From Zootoca vivipara (Eukaryota): a DNA stretch of 64,000 nt. The stretch is taken from assembly GCF_963506605.1 (NCBI RefSeq), contig NC_083283.1, positions 9,920,001-9,984,000 of the forward strand, in the 5' to 3' direction. The notes below the pieces were generated by a model. That model ran no database searches. It had not been told where the DNA came from and was given only the letters and a program-made list of their open reading frames with translations. Below are positions 13,049-26,416 of this stretch, in pieces (position 1 is the stretch's first letter; each line of letters opens with the position of its first letter). The translations under genes were made by a program, and so were the position numbers.

Positions 13049-16000
13049 GATATTGAGTGGCAAACTAAGCAGAGACCATAGCATTCAAATTTCTTTTGAA
13101 TTCAATGTTTTGCTACACAGTCATCCTGAGACACAATTTTCCGAATGGGGAGCATGATACTGGAATGATGAGAAGAGGGGTAGGTTAGTAATGGAAAGGA
13201 AGACTGAAAACAATTGACTTGATGGGAAAACAGAAGTTTTTCTGGCAGGTGGGATGTGTGTATTATTTAGAACCACAGGTTTTAAGACCTGTGTGAGAGA
13301 CCTGCTCCTAGACTCTTATTTGGGAGCTACACACATTTAGCATATCTTTACCATTCTTCTTAAAAATCTGCTAACATATCCTCTTCCTGCAAATGTTTGC
13401 CTTTATCACATCTCCACTGTCTTTAAATAAAAAATGTGCATTTAAATGCAAGACCCAGAAAAAGGAGACAACTATTAAGACACCATAACAGCAAGTTTAA
13501 TCAGGAAATAGAGTTGGTGGCTGATAAAAGTCATCTAATAACCATTTCCCTACATGGCCAGCCGCAATAAGGTTTCATGGTGAATCTGCATACAAGAAAT
13601 CACTGTAATTAACCCTCAGATAAGAGTTATCACACTGTTTGAAGCTGCCACATGTTTCCTGTGGGATTATGTCAAAATCAATCCAGAGCTCGATAGTACC
13701 TGCATGTTAAATCTGCATGCAAACATCAGGATGCTATGGAACCAAAACCTTATCTCACCTTTTCATAGCGTTATTTCAAAAACCCACATATGTCACTAAG
13801 GCAGGGAACCTACAGCCAATCCTAGCCAATCCTAGCTCCATGACACATATACATATACAGCAACACATTTGTCACATTCACACTTTACATATTTAGGCAT
13901 ACATCTAAGAGTAATTGGAAAGCTGCCTATAACCGTCCATTGGCACAGGCTACTTAACTACTAGTTTGGCTTCCTATATTCATAAATTATCTCAAAGTCT
14001 AAGGGTATTTTAAGTATGGTCAAGCTATGACATGGCCTTTCAGGATAAACGTGAACTGAATTTTAAAATAAATAAATAAGATTTGTTTATGGGAGATCTG
14101 GTTTCACTTTGATTTTGTGAACTGAACTAAAATGTCCAACATTAATTTTCCATGCTGGATAAACCAATAGTTTTTCAAACTGCCAAAGTATTTGAACTGA
14201 AATTCATTTTTGGAAGGGGCGGGGGGAGCAAATAAAGCATACCTAATGTAGTTCACATTTTATATTTAAATAACTCGGCTTGCAACAATTTGCAACTTAT
14301 CTTGCAAATTATTTCCACTGGAAAACTTGTAAATATTTTAAAGACATGGCAAATCAATACAAACACTTCCTTACACTTTTTAAATTTTAAAGGCACTAAA
14401 GAGCTGTGCAATTACATTATATATGCATGCATTATTCCCAATGACAGCCACCTGAAAAAACATTACTTACACCTTTGGGGCTGTTGAATCCAGGCTAATT
14501 TATTTAGCTTCTGCTGAAATCAATGGAACAAGCCAATTAATGACTAACTTGACCAACTGATTTCAATGTGACCTGCAATCAGTAACTCGGTTTGGATACG
14601 ACCCATTCATTGTTATGAATGGATAAGGTTACAGCAAGACCACTGCTGGATCAGGTCAAAGGCCCAACTAGTACACCAACCAGTTCTCATAGTGGCCAGC
14701 CTCTGGGAAGTCCGCAAGCAGGACTGGAGGGCAGCTGCACACTCCCCACTTGTGATTCCTAGAAACAGGTATTCAGAGGCAGTATAGGAAACATGGCTGT
14801 CATGGCTAGTAAACATTGCTTTATCTTCCATGCCTTATCTTCCATGTATCTGTCTAATTCCCTTTTAAATTCATCTAAGCTGGTAGCCATCATCATATGG
14901 GAGGGAATTACCTTGTTTAACTATGCATTGTGGAGAGAACTCCGACATAATCCTATGAAACAATGTGTTTTCAAAGCAGTGGGAAAGTTTGTAGGACATT
15001 TTCACTGCATTATCACTTGCTACGGGAAAAGGTCAGGTCCTATACTGTATAACACTGTCCGGAATTCCAGCTGTTGGGTGATAGTGATCTTGTACGTGCT
15101 TTCCCCACTTATGTATTAAGAATCCGTGCTCCAAAATTAAATGTATTCAGAAATGCTCATAATGTAGATGCTCCCCCCCCCCCAAACTGTGAATTTTAAA
15201 AGAGCTGCATTATGCATGGCAAAGTTTCCCCTCTAAAAGCTGCAAGGAGCCACAAGCCAGACCTCTGGCACCTGTACCTTTATAATGCAAGCATCTGCAG
15301 AAATGTGCTTGCATATTAAAATATTTGCCTTCTGCACACACACACAAAAATATGTATGGCAGAGTAGCCAAAAAGTAGCATGAATTCACAACACTTCTCC
15401 TGAATGTTACAATGAGTTTGTGTGCTGCGTTGGAATGGGAGACCAACCACACAAAGAAAGGAAGGAGATAACTTTTGAAGAGCAAATCTCTGTAGAGAAT
15501 TGTGCAAACCTGCAAGCTTCCTGACTGTTATTTGCAAAGCCTGGATGATCTGACCACCCAAAACTGATCATCTGCTTCTCCAGATCATCTATTTCTCCAA
15601 CCACTTAGCATCTCTTTCCTACCTCTGCCATCCCAGACATCTCCAGTGACCCAAACAGCTAGCCAAGAGCTACATGTAATAATTTTGATTGTTTGCAAAA
15701 TCTGAAAGCTGCTACCGTGAGTCAAAGCGCAGGAAACTGCATAAGCAAAGCATAGAAACCATGAACACTATCCCAGAACCTCAGAGGCTGTACAAAATTC
15801 CTTCGTCTTAAGATAAAGCTACTACTATATTTCGTTTTCTTACGTTCCTAACCCACCTTTCTTCTACTACAGAGCACAAGGTGGCATGCATGCGGATCCA
15901 AGGTCCTCCACCCAGGCACTGACCAGGCCCAAACCTGTTTCACTTCAGCACTGTCGTGGTCTCAGCAAATTTTGCTAGAGGCACATTTCAGAACCACCTT

Positions 16001-19000
16001 TCAGCTTTACAAGTGAGAAAGCAAAACAGAGAGCAGCATTCCAACACCAAGAGTTTCATCAGTAACAGATAGCTACCTTATTTTCACCTTTCAGATGCTT
16101 GTCCTCTACAAGAAGCTTTCGTTCTCGCTGGAAACATGATGCCTACCTGAAACATCATCCATCCTGGGCACACCTGAACCAACACTGGACTGCTCGCTCT
16201 CACCTTCTGAGGATCTACACAGCTCTGCCCCACCTCTCTGACAGCTCTCCTTTTCCACCTACTGTCACCTCTTCTGCTGGTCCTGGCACAACCGGGTTTT
16301 CATGGCTTCTCCTCAGCTTCCGTTTCCTGTGTGCCAAGAGCCCTCCCTCTCCTTCAAGTCCCTCAAAACTCACTTCATGTGGATCGTTATCCGTCACTAA
16401 TCTCAGCTCCGGCGCTATCTGCTGCCACTCACGCGCCTAATTATATCGAAGATAAAACACAAACATGGAAACAGAAAGAGACAAGTTATCATAAACGTCT
16501 CTCCACCAGAAGACTCCGTGCACACATCTTTCATAATACCTCATATCCCTCCCTCAATAATATCTGCCTCCAAACACAACAGTTTAAATCCTTTTTCTAA
16601 ATAAGAACATAACCTGCAAAATCTATGCAGTTAATTCACTTTGCCGCACCCACCAGAGTCATGGTTTGGGGCCAACCAAAGTCAGAAAACCAACAATACC
16701 CCAATGCTAGAAAACTATTGGAAGAACAATATTTTCTTCTGCAAAATTAATACAAGGTATTACAACTTCTACATTAAGTGATACAGGGAGAGAAATTTTA
16801 GTAACACGTAGTATTTTTGTTAATTGGTGGCTTAGATATCTAAGTGCATATTGTTGTATCACTCGTACTATAGTTGCTCTCAATCAATGCAATAAAATTT
16901 CTGAGTTTGAAATGAGAGAAAATAGCTGAGGAATCCAAAAGTGAATACTGTACTGAAATGCATAAGCATGCAGTTTTAAAGGCTCAGACACTGCACCCAA
17001 CCAGGTTTGCTCACAAAAAACCCATTTCTGTTGGATACATACATATTGTTGGACACAAATGTATCTAGTGGTGTTACATTTGCCATTTCATTTCCATATT
17101 GCAACTAAATGATATGAAGCTGCAAGTTGAAAATAGTAGATCATACATGCATCTAAGATGGAGCACGTTCTCAAGAACAGAAAACCTTCTTCAACCACAC
17201 CTTCCGGCAGTCAATTTTTAAAAAACTACGAGTGGCTATTTTCCTACGTTACGCATTGCGTGCCCATGCAATTGTACCACACCAGTTTGCCAAGACAATG
17301 GTTCACAACCTACAACCGAGGAATGTAGCCAACATTACATTGCACAGATGCACGTGAAATACAAGGACCTATTATTTTGACATCCTGTGATGTTCAAGAG
17401 ATGTTCAAACAGATGTCCTGCCTCAAAATGGGTACTCCTCAACCCTGACCTCACCCCCCTGCTCAGTGCTGCTGCCTCTGCCACTATTCGCTCTGCTGGT
17501 TTGGGTGAACTTCTCCCAGAGCAGCAGCGACACTTTTGGATGGAAGCCAAGTAAGCTTCAATCTTTTTGCGGGAAAGTGCCATATTATGCTCCTAAAAAC
17601 GCAAGGCCTGACATCGACGTCAAGTGCTTCACTGCGGGGATCTAAGATGAGATCCGTCCACGGAATAAAGTAAGTCAGGGAGAGGGGGTGGGTGACTGGT
17701 GGGGGCAACATCTAAACTACTCCCAATATGGAGATGCAGTACAGTTGCTCCTCGAATTTCATCTAAAATGAAATTTGAAGGCTTCTCCGCAGACTAAACA
17801 GATCAAGAATGCCCTGGGAATCCAAGAGACTTTTGCTAAGTGTTAACAAAATTTCTCAGGGGCACTCTTCACACTTCTAAATAGCCATGAAGTTTTGCTT
17901 AAAGGATAACTCAAAGAACTTGTAAGTGGTTCCTCAGGCACAAACATATGAGAAAGACTCGGGGGAGACCGCACATCATGATGACTCATTCTATGCTAAG
18001 ATTTTAAAGTCAACCCAATCCTGATGAAACGGAAGCCCCTGCATCATGACTGCTGGCAACCATTTGACAATCCTGTGCTGTTATGCTTAAGAAGGGACCC
18101 CATTCTGCAAAGAAAGCATAGGTGGGAGGTACAAACCCTCTAGCTTTCCCCTTTCTTTCTTTCTTTTTTTAGCATGCATTAAAAAAACACTGTATCTGAA
18201 AGACACCTGGAAATTCCTTCTTTGCCCACTTTAGGTTTGCAGTTTGGCTGCATGGACATCATTCCATTAATCACGTCAGAGCAAAAAGTTGTACTAAAAA
18301 AAAATGGGTAGTGCCGAAGGGTGTTTATCTTTCTGTTTGTTACAAAGACATATTTTATTGGGAAGCTCACCCCGATAGCTCATTTTAGACAAAGTGAAAT
18401 TTCTAGGGTGTGCTTCTGAAACAAAATTAACCTAGTTTTGCTCATCTTAAAAATGCCACCAAGAAAATACTAAACAATAATAAAAAATTAAAAAACCCAG
18501 AATGGATATGCAAATTCTACCCTTCCCAATGAAGATTGGTCCTTATTTTCCAAGCAATGTCTACTTGGATGTTGTGTATCTACTGCTGTAGCTATGCAAC
18601 TGAGCAGGCAAAATTTCCACTTTCCTAGGGAAATACTCCACTGTGTCTTAAAGGCCCACATTAAAAAAACAAACCAAAAACCCAGTTCATTCTTAGTGTA
18701 CTGCATAAGTTCAAAACCTATATATGAAGATAAAAAGCTGCCTCATACCAAGTCATTTATCTATTTGTCACAATTTTTATTTACTGTTACGATATTTTAA
18801 CTGGGCATGACAGGGAAAGAAAAGGGACTGACCTCATGCAGAAAAGGATCTGCTCTATACCAGTGGGCTACAGCTAATCTAAACCTTGTTGTACTTTTGC
18901 ATGCCTGTGTAGACCTTCTGGTGCTGGCAGTGCTTGGCAAACTGTAGTTCTACATAGGTAAGCAAAACTTCAATATCCACAACTAGAACATATCCTAGTG

Positions 19001-19701
19001 TCTACATCTACCATGACAGGCAGTGGAAATCAAAGGAAAGAAAAGGAGAAATATATTGTGTGGATACTGTATCTGTGGACCAATGTCATGCACACTTCTA
19101 AACGAAGCAACAAATCAGATCCTCTTCAGGATTAGTATTCCCTAACAATCTCCAAGCAAAGGTGGCAGGCTGGAAGGCTTATGCTCCTTCCTTGACTCTT
19201 CTAGATAAAGAATTCTAGGTAGAACCATGGCAGAGATTTCCTCCCCATGTGTGAGAACCATCTGCCTGCTGAAAATGCCAGGGATAAGCAAGGAGAACCA
19301 AATGCCAGAAATTGCCTAGCAAGAAACAATGGCCTTCCACATGAAAACTGGGAACTTTTTTAAGGCACACAATGACAAGCAAGGAAAGAACCCTTCTAAT
19401 CAAAATGCTAAATTCTAAGGATCATTTGTTGTTAACCACCTTGCAGACTTCAACCAGAGTGGTTAATAGCTGGTTAGTGGGATAACATAGTTTCCTCACT
19501 TTCCATCTGTGGATGGCAAGCAAGTAACTGGAAATACAGAACCAGAAGTGTCTGATCACTCTGGATAGATTAATCAAGAGTGAAGGGGTGTGATTCATAT
19601 TTTCCGCAATTGGATTTATACCGCTTAGAAGGTGCTTTGGCAATTAAGCAGTATATGAATAAATAATATGTAGTGATAATCTAGCACGGACATTCACTTA
19701 C

Positions 19702-19790
19702 CTGACCTTTGGCATCTTCTGGCATAGATTTTACATGCATTCGTTTAAGACACCGAATCACTCCATCGTAAAACTGTACAGTAAAGGTTC
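19702..19790 (-). CDS. PHF20L1: PHF20L1 coding exon ([30 protein letters not shown]), end of second Tudor domain
   Basis: ttttctag|GA acceptor and CAG|gtaagt donor; translation matches PHF20L1. Confidence 0.97.
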
Positions 19791-19877
19791 CTAGAAAAAG
19801 AATGATATGGAGATAAGGAAGTAAAATTTAAGCTACATATTAGCACACCACCATGTCACATGGTGCTATACCAAAAC

Positions 19878-20267
19878 CAAAGGTAAAAGGAAAAGGTAAA
19901 GGACCCCTGGATGGTTAAGTCCAGTCAAACTATGGGGTTGTGGCACTCATCTTGCTTTCAGGCTGAGGGAGCCGGCGTTTGTCCACAGACAGCTTTCCGG
20001 GTCGTGTGGCCAGATGGACTAAACTGCTTCTGCCGCAACGGGACACCATGATGGAAGCTAGAGTACATGGAAATGCAATTTACCTTCCCGCCGCAGCGGT
20101 ACCTATTTATCTACTTGCACTGGTATGCTTTTGAACTGCTAGGCTGGCAGAAGCTGGGACAGAGCAACAGGAGTTCACCTTGTTGCGGGGATTTGAACCG
20201 CTGACCTTCCGATCAGCAAGCCCAAGAGGCTCAGTGGTTTAGACCGCAATGCTACCCGCGTCCCTCA
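19878..20267 (-). mobile_element. Sauria SINE, full length
   Basis: (AAAGGT)n tail, characteristic body, tRNA-like head; TSD TATACCAAAAC (19867-19877, 20268-20278). Confidence 0.92.
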
Positions 20268-20803
20268 TATACCAAAACTACAACAGCATTAAACAGGCAA
20301 GATCAGCGATGAAATGAAATTTTGGAGAAGGGAGCCATGGTTTAATTGTTTTTGGGATAAGCAAACCATGGTTTAGCATTATGCATGAACCAGTCCAGTG
20401 ACAAATCCAGAATTGTGAATTCTTGAACTTTTCAGACATGCAACCCAAATAAGATTTGCAGAGTGCAATCACAAATTTCCTGGATTTTACTTTCATTCAT
20501 GTAAAAAGATGAAAGTACATTTCTTTTATCGGGATTCTATCCTTAAATTCATTACAAATTTGGGGCTAGCAACTGCTAACAACAGTTACCTTCCATAAAT
20601 GGTGGGAAGGGTTAACTAAAGATGCACTCCATTCTCAGACTAAGTGTGATTGCTGCATGTATATCCGGTGTGGAAATAATGTCTGCAAATGAATACTGGA
20701 TGTAGTGACTTAAGTTAAAACAAAACAAAGCACTTGTGGAAATGGTACAGTAGACCAGATGAACTAACCTTTGGTTCAAGCCAGTAGGCTAAGTTATACA
20801 TAC

Positions 20804-20888
20804 CTTCTTTGTTAATTGCTTCAATCTTTGCAGGATAATATCGACAGTCTGTCCAACGAGCTAGAACCTCTTCTCCAGGTTGAAAATC
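20804..20888 (-). CDS. PHF20L1: PHF20L1 coding exon ([28 protein letters not shown])
   Basis: aaaag|GAT acceptor and AAG|gtatgt donor; Tudor motif [15 protein letters not shown]. Confidence 0.97.
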
Positions 20889-21088
20889 CTTTTTTAAAAG
20901 GTTTAAGAAAATAGTGTGTTAACATGACTGAAAATGTACTCAATGCTAGCATATAGAGAACTTAAATACCTGAACAAACTATATGGAGGATCTACTTATT
21001 TCTCTGCTTTCCATGAAAGCATGTTTATTATTATTACCCAAGACTTCCATATGAAGATATTCTCATAAGGGGAGAGATGAACACTTAC

Positions 21089-21260
21089 AATAAATTCATC
21101 ATCATCTTTCAGACCCTCTTTCCTCAGCGATGGCCGTTCTAGGGGTCGCAACCGATTGCTGTCCCAATAAATCCATTCATCGTAACGATGACTCCAGCGC
21201 TCAAAGTGGACAAGCATCTTCCCTTCTTCATAGTCTATCTTCTCAATGCGTGAAGGATAC
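21089..21260 (-). CDS. PHF20L1: PHF20L1 coding exon ([57 protein letters not shown]), first Tudor/MBT-like domain
   Basis: ttttgaag|G acceptor and ATT|gtaagt donor; ORF track 20996-21217 carries the same peptide. Confidence 0.97.
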
Positions 21261-21767
21261 CTTCAAAAAACAAAATGAAAGATGCTGTTTTGGCAGGCTA
21301 TAACCTCTGTATTTCAATGTACTAAAGACTCATAGGCCTGTTTGGCTATGCATATAATTTTCCATATGAATGGTTAAGAGAGTTCAGGCTGAAACTGCAG
21401 TAATTAAAAATGGAAGGCATAATACATCCCGGATCTACACAGCCAGTTGCACCCCCATCAAATGCACCCAACACAAATACTACTGGCAGCATAAATATTC
21501 AGAATATTTTTGTACAACCAGAAAGTTTATGAAATTACAGGTAGAAACATGCACTAGTGAGCTATTTGGGTTAGCTCTGTAAATGGTCGCAGGACAAATA
21601 CAGCCTATCTCTATCTCTTTTATTTCTCCACCCCAAAGAACTATCCAACTAAATTAAGCATGAAGACAGCCAGAGTAGCTGTTACACTGGTGACTGCAAT
21701 AGCTAAATATGTGCAGCCCATACAAAGCACAATCCTAATCATGTCTACTCATAAGTCAGTCCTGTTT

Positions 21768-22046
21768 TTTTAAAAATATTTTTTATTTAAATCACCAACC
21801 AAACACAGACAGTGAAACCCCCCAGGCGTCCGATATATTGGATGTACATAAACAATGAAACCATATTCAAATCAACCATGTGTACAATTCTATATATAGT
21901 AAGCTCCACACTCCACAAGATTTATTTAACTTTTAGCATTTTAATTACCCCAAATTGTTCAAACCTCCCCAAATAATTCAGTATCTTTTCAATCCAATCC
22001 TCCCCTTTCTCATTGACCTTCCGCCCTTTCATTTTACACATCTTCA
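21768..22046 (-). mobile_element. 5'-truncated LINE (L1/Tx1-like) 3' end
   Basis: T-rich tail on the left; flanked by a 15-bp TSD AAGTCAGTC(C/T)TGTTT (21753-21767, 22047-22061). Confidence 0.6.
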
Positions 22047-22255
22047 AAGTCAGTCTTGTTTTATTCAATGGGACTTGCTCTCAGGTAAGTGGGGTTAGGG
22101 CTATAGCCGTAGTCTCATAAATATGGCCATGGCTTGAATCAGAGATTCACAATACAGTGCTAACAGTGGGAAAATGCTACAATGGTTCAGTGGCATTATT
22201 AAGCCATGATATCAATGGATCTTTCCACTCTGCCCTCACTCACTGTAAATGAATA

Positions 22256-22417
22256 CAGTCATACCTTGGAAGTCAAACGGAAGCTCCTGCAGCCAATCGG
22301 AAGCTGCGTAAGCCCCATTGGACATTCGTGGTCTAAAGAACGTTCGCAAAGCAGAACATTCACTTCTGGGTTTGCGGCATGTGGGAGCCAGAACGTTCAT
22401 CAACCAAGGTAAGACTG
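22256..22417. mobile_element. Tc1/mariner (Tigger-like) MITE
   Basis: TA-CAGTCATACCTTGG...CCAAGGTAAGACTG-TA. Confidence 0.8.
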
Positions 22418-22629
22418 TACTTCAATTAAGCATAATGGTGGCTAGCCATGATGGTTAAGTGGTACCTCCACAGACGGAGGCAGTATGCCTCTGTACAGGC
22501 ACCTGTTGGTGGGAATCACTAGCTGGAAGAGTGCAGTTAAACTCAGTGTCTGATGAAAGGCTTCTGACAGATATCTGGTTGGCCATTGTGAGAACAGGAT
22601 GCTGGACTAAAAGGGCCTTAAATCTAATC

Positions 22630-22765
22630 CAGGCATCCCCAAACTGCGGCCCTCCAGATGTTTTGGCCTACAACTCCCATGATCCATAGCTAACAGGACC
22701 AGTGGTTGGGGAAGATGGGGATTGTAGTTCAAAACATCTGGAGGGCCAAAGTTTGGGGATGCCTG
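22630..22765. mobile_element. Palindromic hAT-type MITE (family of 2979-3114)
   Basis: Same TIRs; 8-bp TSD ATCTAATC (22622-22629, 22766-22773). Confidence 0.9.
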
Positions 22766-23023
22766 ATCTAATCCAATAGGGCTGTTCTTAGATAGTTTCC
22801 CATTACATTAGAACAGGGAAAAGACAGTTACCAGATTCAGAACCTGGCCCTAAAACCAATTCCAGACTCTGATTTCAGACCCTGATTTTTCAAAAACTAG
22901 TAGCCATAGTTTACCAGTTCAGACATAACAGAAAACTACGCTCAATTTACCCAATTAGGTATACAGTGCACTAAGAAAGGAGGATGGAAGGCGACGTAGG
23001 AAAACAGAGTGCAGGGTGTTGTT

Positions 23024-23557
23024 ACCGGCCAAATTAGCTAAAATATATAAAAAGGAGGCGGATACATGCTGGAAGTGCAATGTAAGAACAGGAGATTATT
23101 TCCACTGCTGGTGGAGCTGTAATAAAGTGAGCATATTTTGGAATGAGGTATATGAGAAAATGAAAAGAATGTTAAAGTGGACATTTGAAAAGAAACCAGA
23201 GATCTTCCTTCTAAGTTTAATACTGGAGAACACCCCTAAGGATAGGAGAAACATCCTCCTGTATGCATGTGCAGCGGCCAGAATGGTGCTAGCAAAAAAC
23301 TGGAAAGGAGACAAAGTTCCATCAGTCCAAGATTGGCACCTAAAATTGGTTTAGTATATGAATTTAGCTAGAATAACAGCAATAATTAGGAAAAAAATCC
23401 AAACAGAAAGAAAAAAGGGAATGGAATTATGTGGTAGATTATTTTCATAAAGAAGGAGTGAGTTCAAGATGGGCGATTTGTCTAGATTAGCACCAACAAG
23501 TTATTAGACAGATAATTAAAATCAAGGAAGATAGATGCTAATATATATATATATACC

Positions 23558-23617
<60 letters not shown>

Positions 23618-23902
23618 TATATATAAACATATCCGAGGAATATCTAAAAATAGTGAAGGAATATAATAAGAAAACATAAGGGTATAGGATTGGTGATAGG
23701 GAACCGATTTCATTATCTGGAAGTTCTTTTTATTTTATTGTACTGTCTTTTTACTGTAACTCTTTTTGTATTTTGTGTGTTTTGTATTTTATGTTCAGTT
23801 TTTGTTTTTGTTATCTTATGTACTGTTTCTGTTATTTTTTGTATTTATATGGATTTTCTTTTTTAAAAGAAGAAATAAAGATGTTTTTTTTTTAAAAAAA
23901 AA
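23024..23902 (+). mobile_element. L1-clade LINE 3' fragment (ORF2 C-terminal CCHC zinc knuckle, 3'UTR with (TA)n, A-rich tail)
   Basis: ORF PAKLAKIY...CWKC...GDYFHCWWSC; AATAAA at about 23874 followed by a T/A tail. Confidence 0.88.
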
Positions 23903-23991
23903 TTAGTCGCTTAGTTGTGTCTGACTCTTCATGACCCCATGGACCAGAGCACGCTGGCACTCCTGTCTTCCACTGCCTCCCGCAGTTTAGT
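23903..23991 (-). mobile_element. BovB LINE 3' fragment
   Basis: Reverse complement of the BovB 3' end seen at 12950; same family as 46432. Confidence 0.85.
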
Positions 23992-24204
23992 GAGTGCAGG
24001 GTAGAAAGTTTGTTTACATTTCAGCTTAATAAGCAAAGTAGGTATATACATAAAAAATGGGCCACACCATAGAAAGCCGTTAAAAAAACAAACACGCTTG
24101 GCAATAGATGGAAACAGAAATGTTGCAATAATATTGTGCAAGATTAACCTTGCTAAACAATCATGCTGTCTAGAAAGCATTAACATTTTAAGTAAAAATA
24201 TGTG

Positions 24205-24669
24205 TGTCGGGGGGCATCCACAGGGTCCGCAGGTGGAGGGAGGCAGGAGAGCAGGTTACAGGGATCCCCGGGCCCTGCTCTCCAGCAGCACGTCTAGCCA
24301 GGAGAGCAGTCCAACCTCCAGCAGGCAGGAGGTCAGCACCACGGAGAGGGGGCTCCAGGATGTTGGCTTGGAGCCCTTGCACCACCTTAGGCAAGAGGGC
24401 TCAGAGAGGGAGACACTACGGTACTTCCATCACCCTAATTGCGCAGGGGAATGAAACGCAAAGAGAGGAGGCGGAGGCTAGGGGTGTCCAAGTTCTTATG
24501 CTGGGGTAGAAACCGGAAGGGGGCACTCCCGGATTCTGCTAGTGACTAGGGCAGTCATGAAACTGTTTGCTTTTCACTGTATATAGTACAGTATGCAAAA
24601 TAAACCTGTAAATAACCAGGTTGGAGTCCTGCATGGTTACTCGTGAGCAATCACCCCGCAATCCTTACA
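24205..24669 (+). mobile_element. Solo LTR (about 465 bp)
   Basis: TG...CA termini, 5-bp TSD ATGTG (24200-24204, 24670-24674), internal AATAAA near 24599. Confidence 0.8.
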
Positions 24670-25981
24670 ATGTGGTTCAATGGTTTTACAGCAGTATTTT
24701 TCAATGGAGTGGGTTCAAACTTTTAGCTGCTAATTAGCAGATGAACATGGATGTGTGAACCAGCCCTTTGTATCTTGGGGAATTATGCAAATTCTGCTTT
24801 TTTGCCTATGCAAACTTTTAGGATTACACAAAGATGTGTTAGTATTTCCATAAAGCATCTCTTAAGCTACTAATTTCTGAAAAAAATTAATCACAGGTGC
24901 AAAAAAACCTTGAAGCAAAACACCCCTCTCAATAAAAAGGTGTTTCTCAACGATGTCTTGACACATACATATATTTGGGTAACTTCCTTCCATATTCATC
25001 GTGTATGTAGAACTAAAGACTACAACCAGGTCTAAAGTTCCTTAGTTTTAAAGAAAACTTTTGTATTTTACTTTTAGTTAGTAAGAATGTCATACAAATG
25101 TGTGTGAAATGTGTCTGCTATTGTTCCACAAGATAAAGTAGTTTACTTCATACTGAACATCAGCAGCAATAAACAATACAGACAATGCAATTCAAACAAT
25201 AACCAACAATTACAAATATCAATACTGTATTTATCAGCAGCAGCAACAGCCAGAAAAACATGATGTCATTAATTCAACACATACTATCAAGAAATCTCAA
25301 GCTACAACAAGAATAAAGCAATATAAAAATATTTATCAGATGAAAACTAATCAGGAGACAGAGGAAAAACCTATGGAATCAATCCCATACACACTGACCA
25401 AGGAGTAAGTCCCATGGAAGTGTATGGGGCTTTTTCTGAGTAAACATGTACAGGGCTGTGGTGTAACACAGAACTAAAATACAACACAAACAAGATCATA
25501 TACAAATTTATTTCACCAAGGAGGCTGTATCAAGTGGGGAGGAGGCTTCCTTCAAACCACCGGTCTTCCTTCAAATCACAACATGCATAGCCCCTTGATA
25601 CTGTATTCCTTTTGTCTCTCTCCTAGGGTTGCCAGACTCAATAGAGTACAGGACAGCATTTTAGGTTGCCTATTGAGATGTATGCATGCTGTAGTTAGGA
25701 TTCTTCTGAGCTATCAAACTAGCAAGGATGAGAAAAGACAAAGCAACTAAGATGTCACTTTGTAAAGATGAAGTTGTATGCCAGGATTTGTGCATAACTG
25801 TCACTGCCCCACAAGACTTTTACTGGTCAAGGTGCCGATACACCCTAATGTTAACTCTATGTGGCTTGCAAATGGAAGAAAATGAATTAAGTTTATCTTC
25901 CTGGCTACTCTGTGCTGAATCTTACAAACCATAAGCAATCAGGTGAGTAGCTATAAGCCTATCCTTATGTAAGATTGAATA

Positions 25982-26225
25982 CAGTGGTACCTCTACTTAT
26001 GAATTTAATGCGTTCCAAACACACATTCGTAAGTTGGAAAAAAAATGTAAGTCGAATCCCATAGGAATGCATTGGTAGAAAAAATTTGTGAGTCGAAGCA
26101 ACCCTATCTAAAAATTCGTAAGTAGAAAAAATCCTATCTAAACCGCATCTAAGATGGCAGACGGAGCTCCATTCATAAGTAGAAACATTCGTAAGTAGAG
26201 TTATTCATAAGTAGAGGTACCACTG
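25982..26225. mobile_element. Tc1/mariner (Tigger-like) MITE
   Basis: TA-CAGTGGTACCTCTACTTATGAAT...ATTCATAAGTAGAGGTACCACTG-TA. Confidence 0.9.
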
Positions 26226-26315
26226 TACAAGACTTTACACTATAGAACATTTCAGTTGTGCCTTCTTAAATTTTACAGTAAGCTAATTATTTATTTACTA
26301 TCTTCCTTTAACAGA

Positions 26316-26416
26316 AGATAGGCGTGTATCTGAAGAAGTGTGCATGCACACGAAAGCTCATACCAAAATAAAAACTTAGTTGGTCTTTAAGGTGCTACTG
26401 AAGGAATTTTTTAATT
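26316..26416 (+). mobile_element. Penelope-like element terminal-repeat fragment with minimal hammerhead ribozyme (26326-26363)
   Basis: GTAT-CTGAAGA-A-GTGTGCATGCACAC-GAAA-GC-TC-ATAC; 13-bp flanking duplication TTCCTTTAACAGA; same sequence ends the GIY-YIG-coding fragment at 62.2-62.7 kb. Confidence 0.82.

Noticed and set aside
15316-15604. Protein-looking minus-strand ORFs (EIDDLEKQMI; IIQALQITVRKLAGLHNSLQ)
   Set aside because: No coherent splice sites or recognisable homology, and the two frames are inconsistent.
17540-17583. MALSRKKIEAYLASIQ resembles the RANBP2 N-terminus
   Set aside because: Similarity is only a few residues and does not extend; treated as a candidate cassette exon instead.
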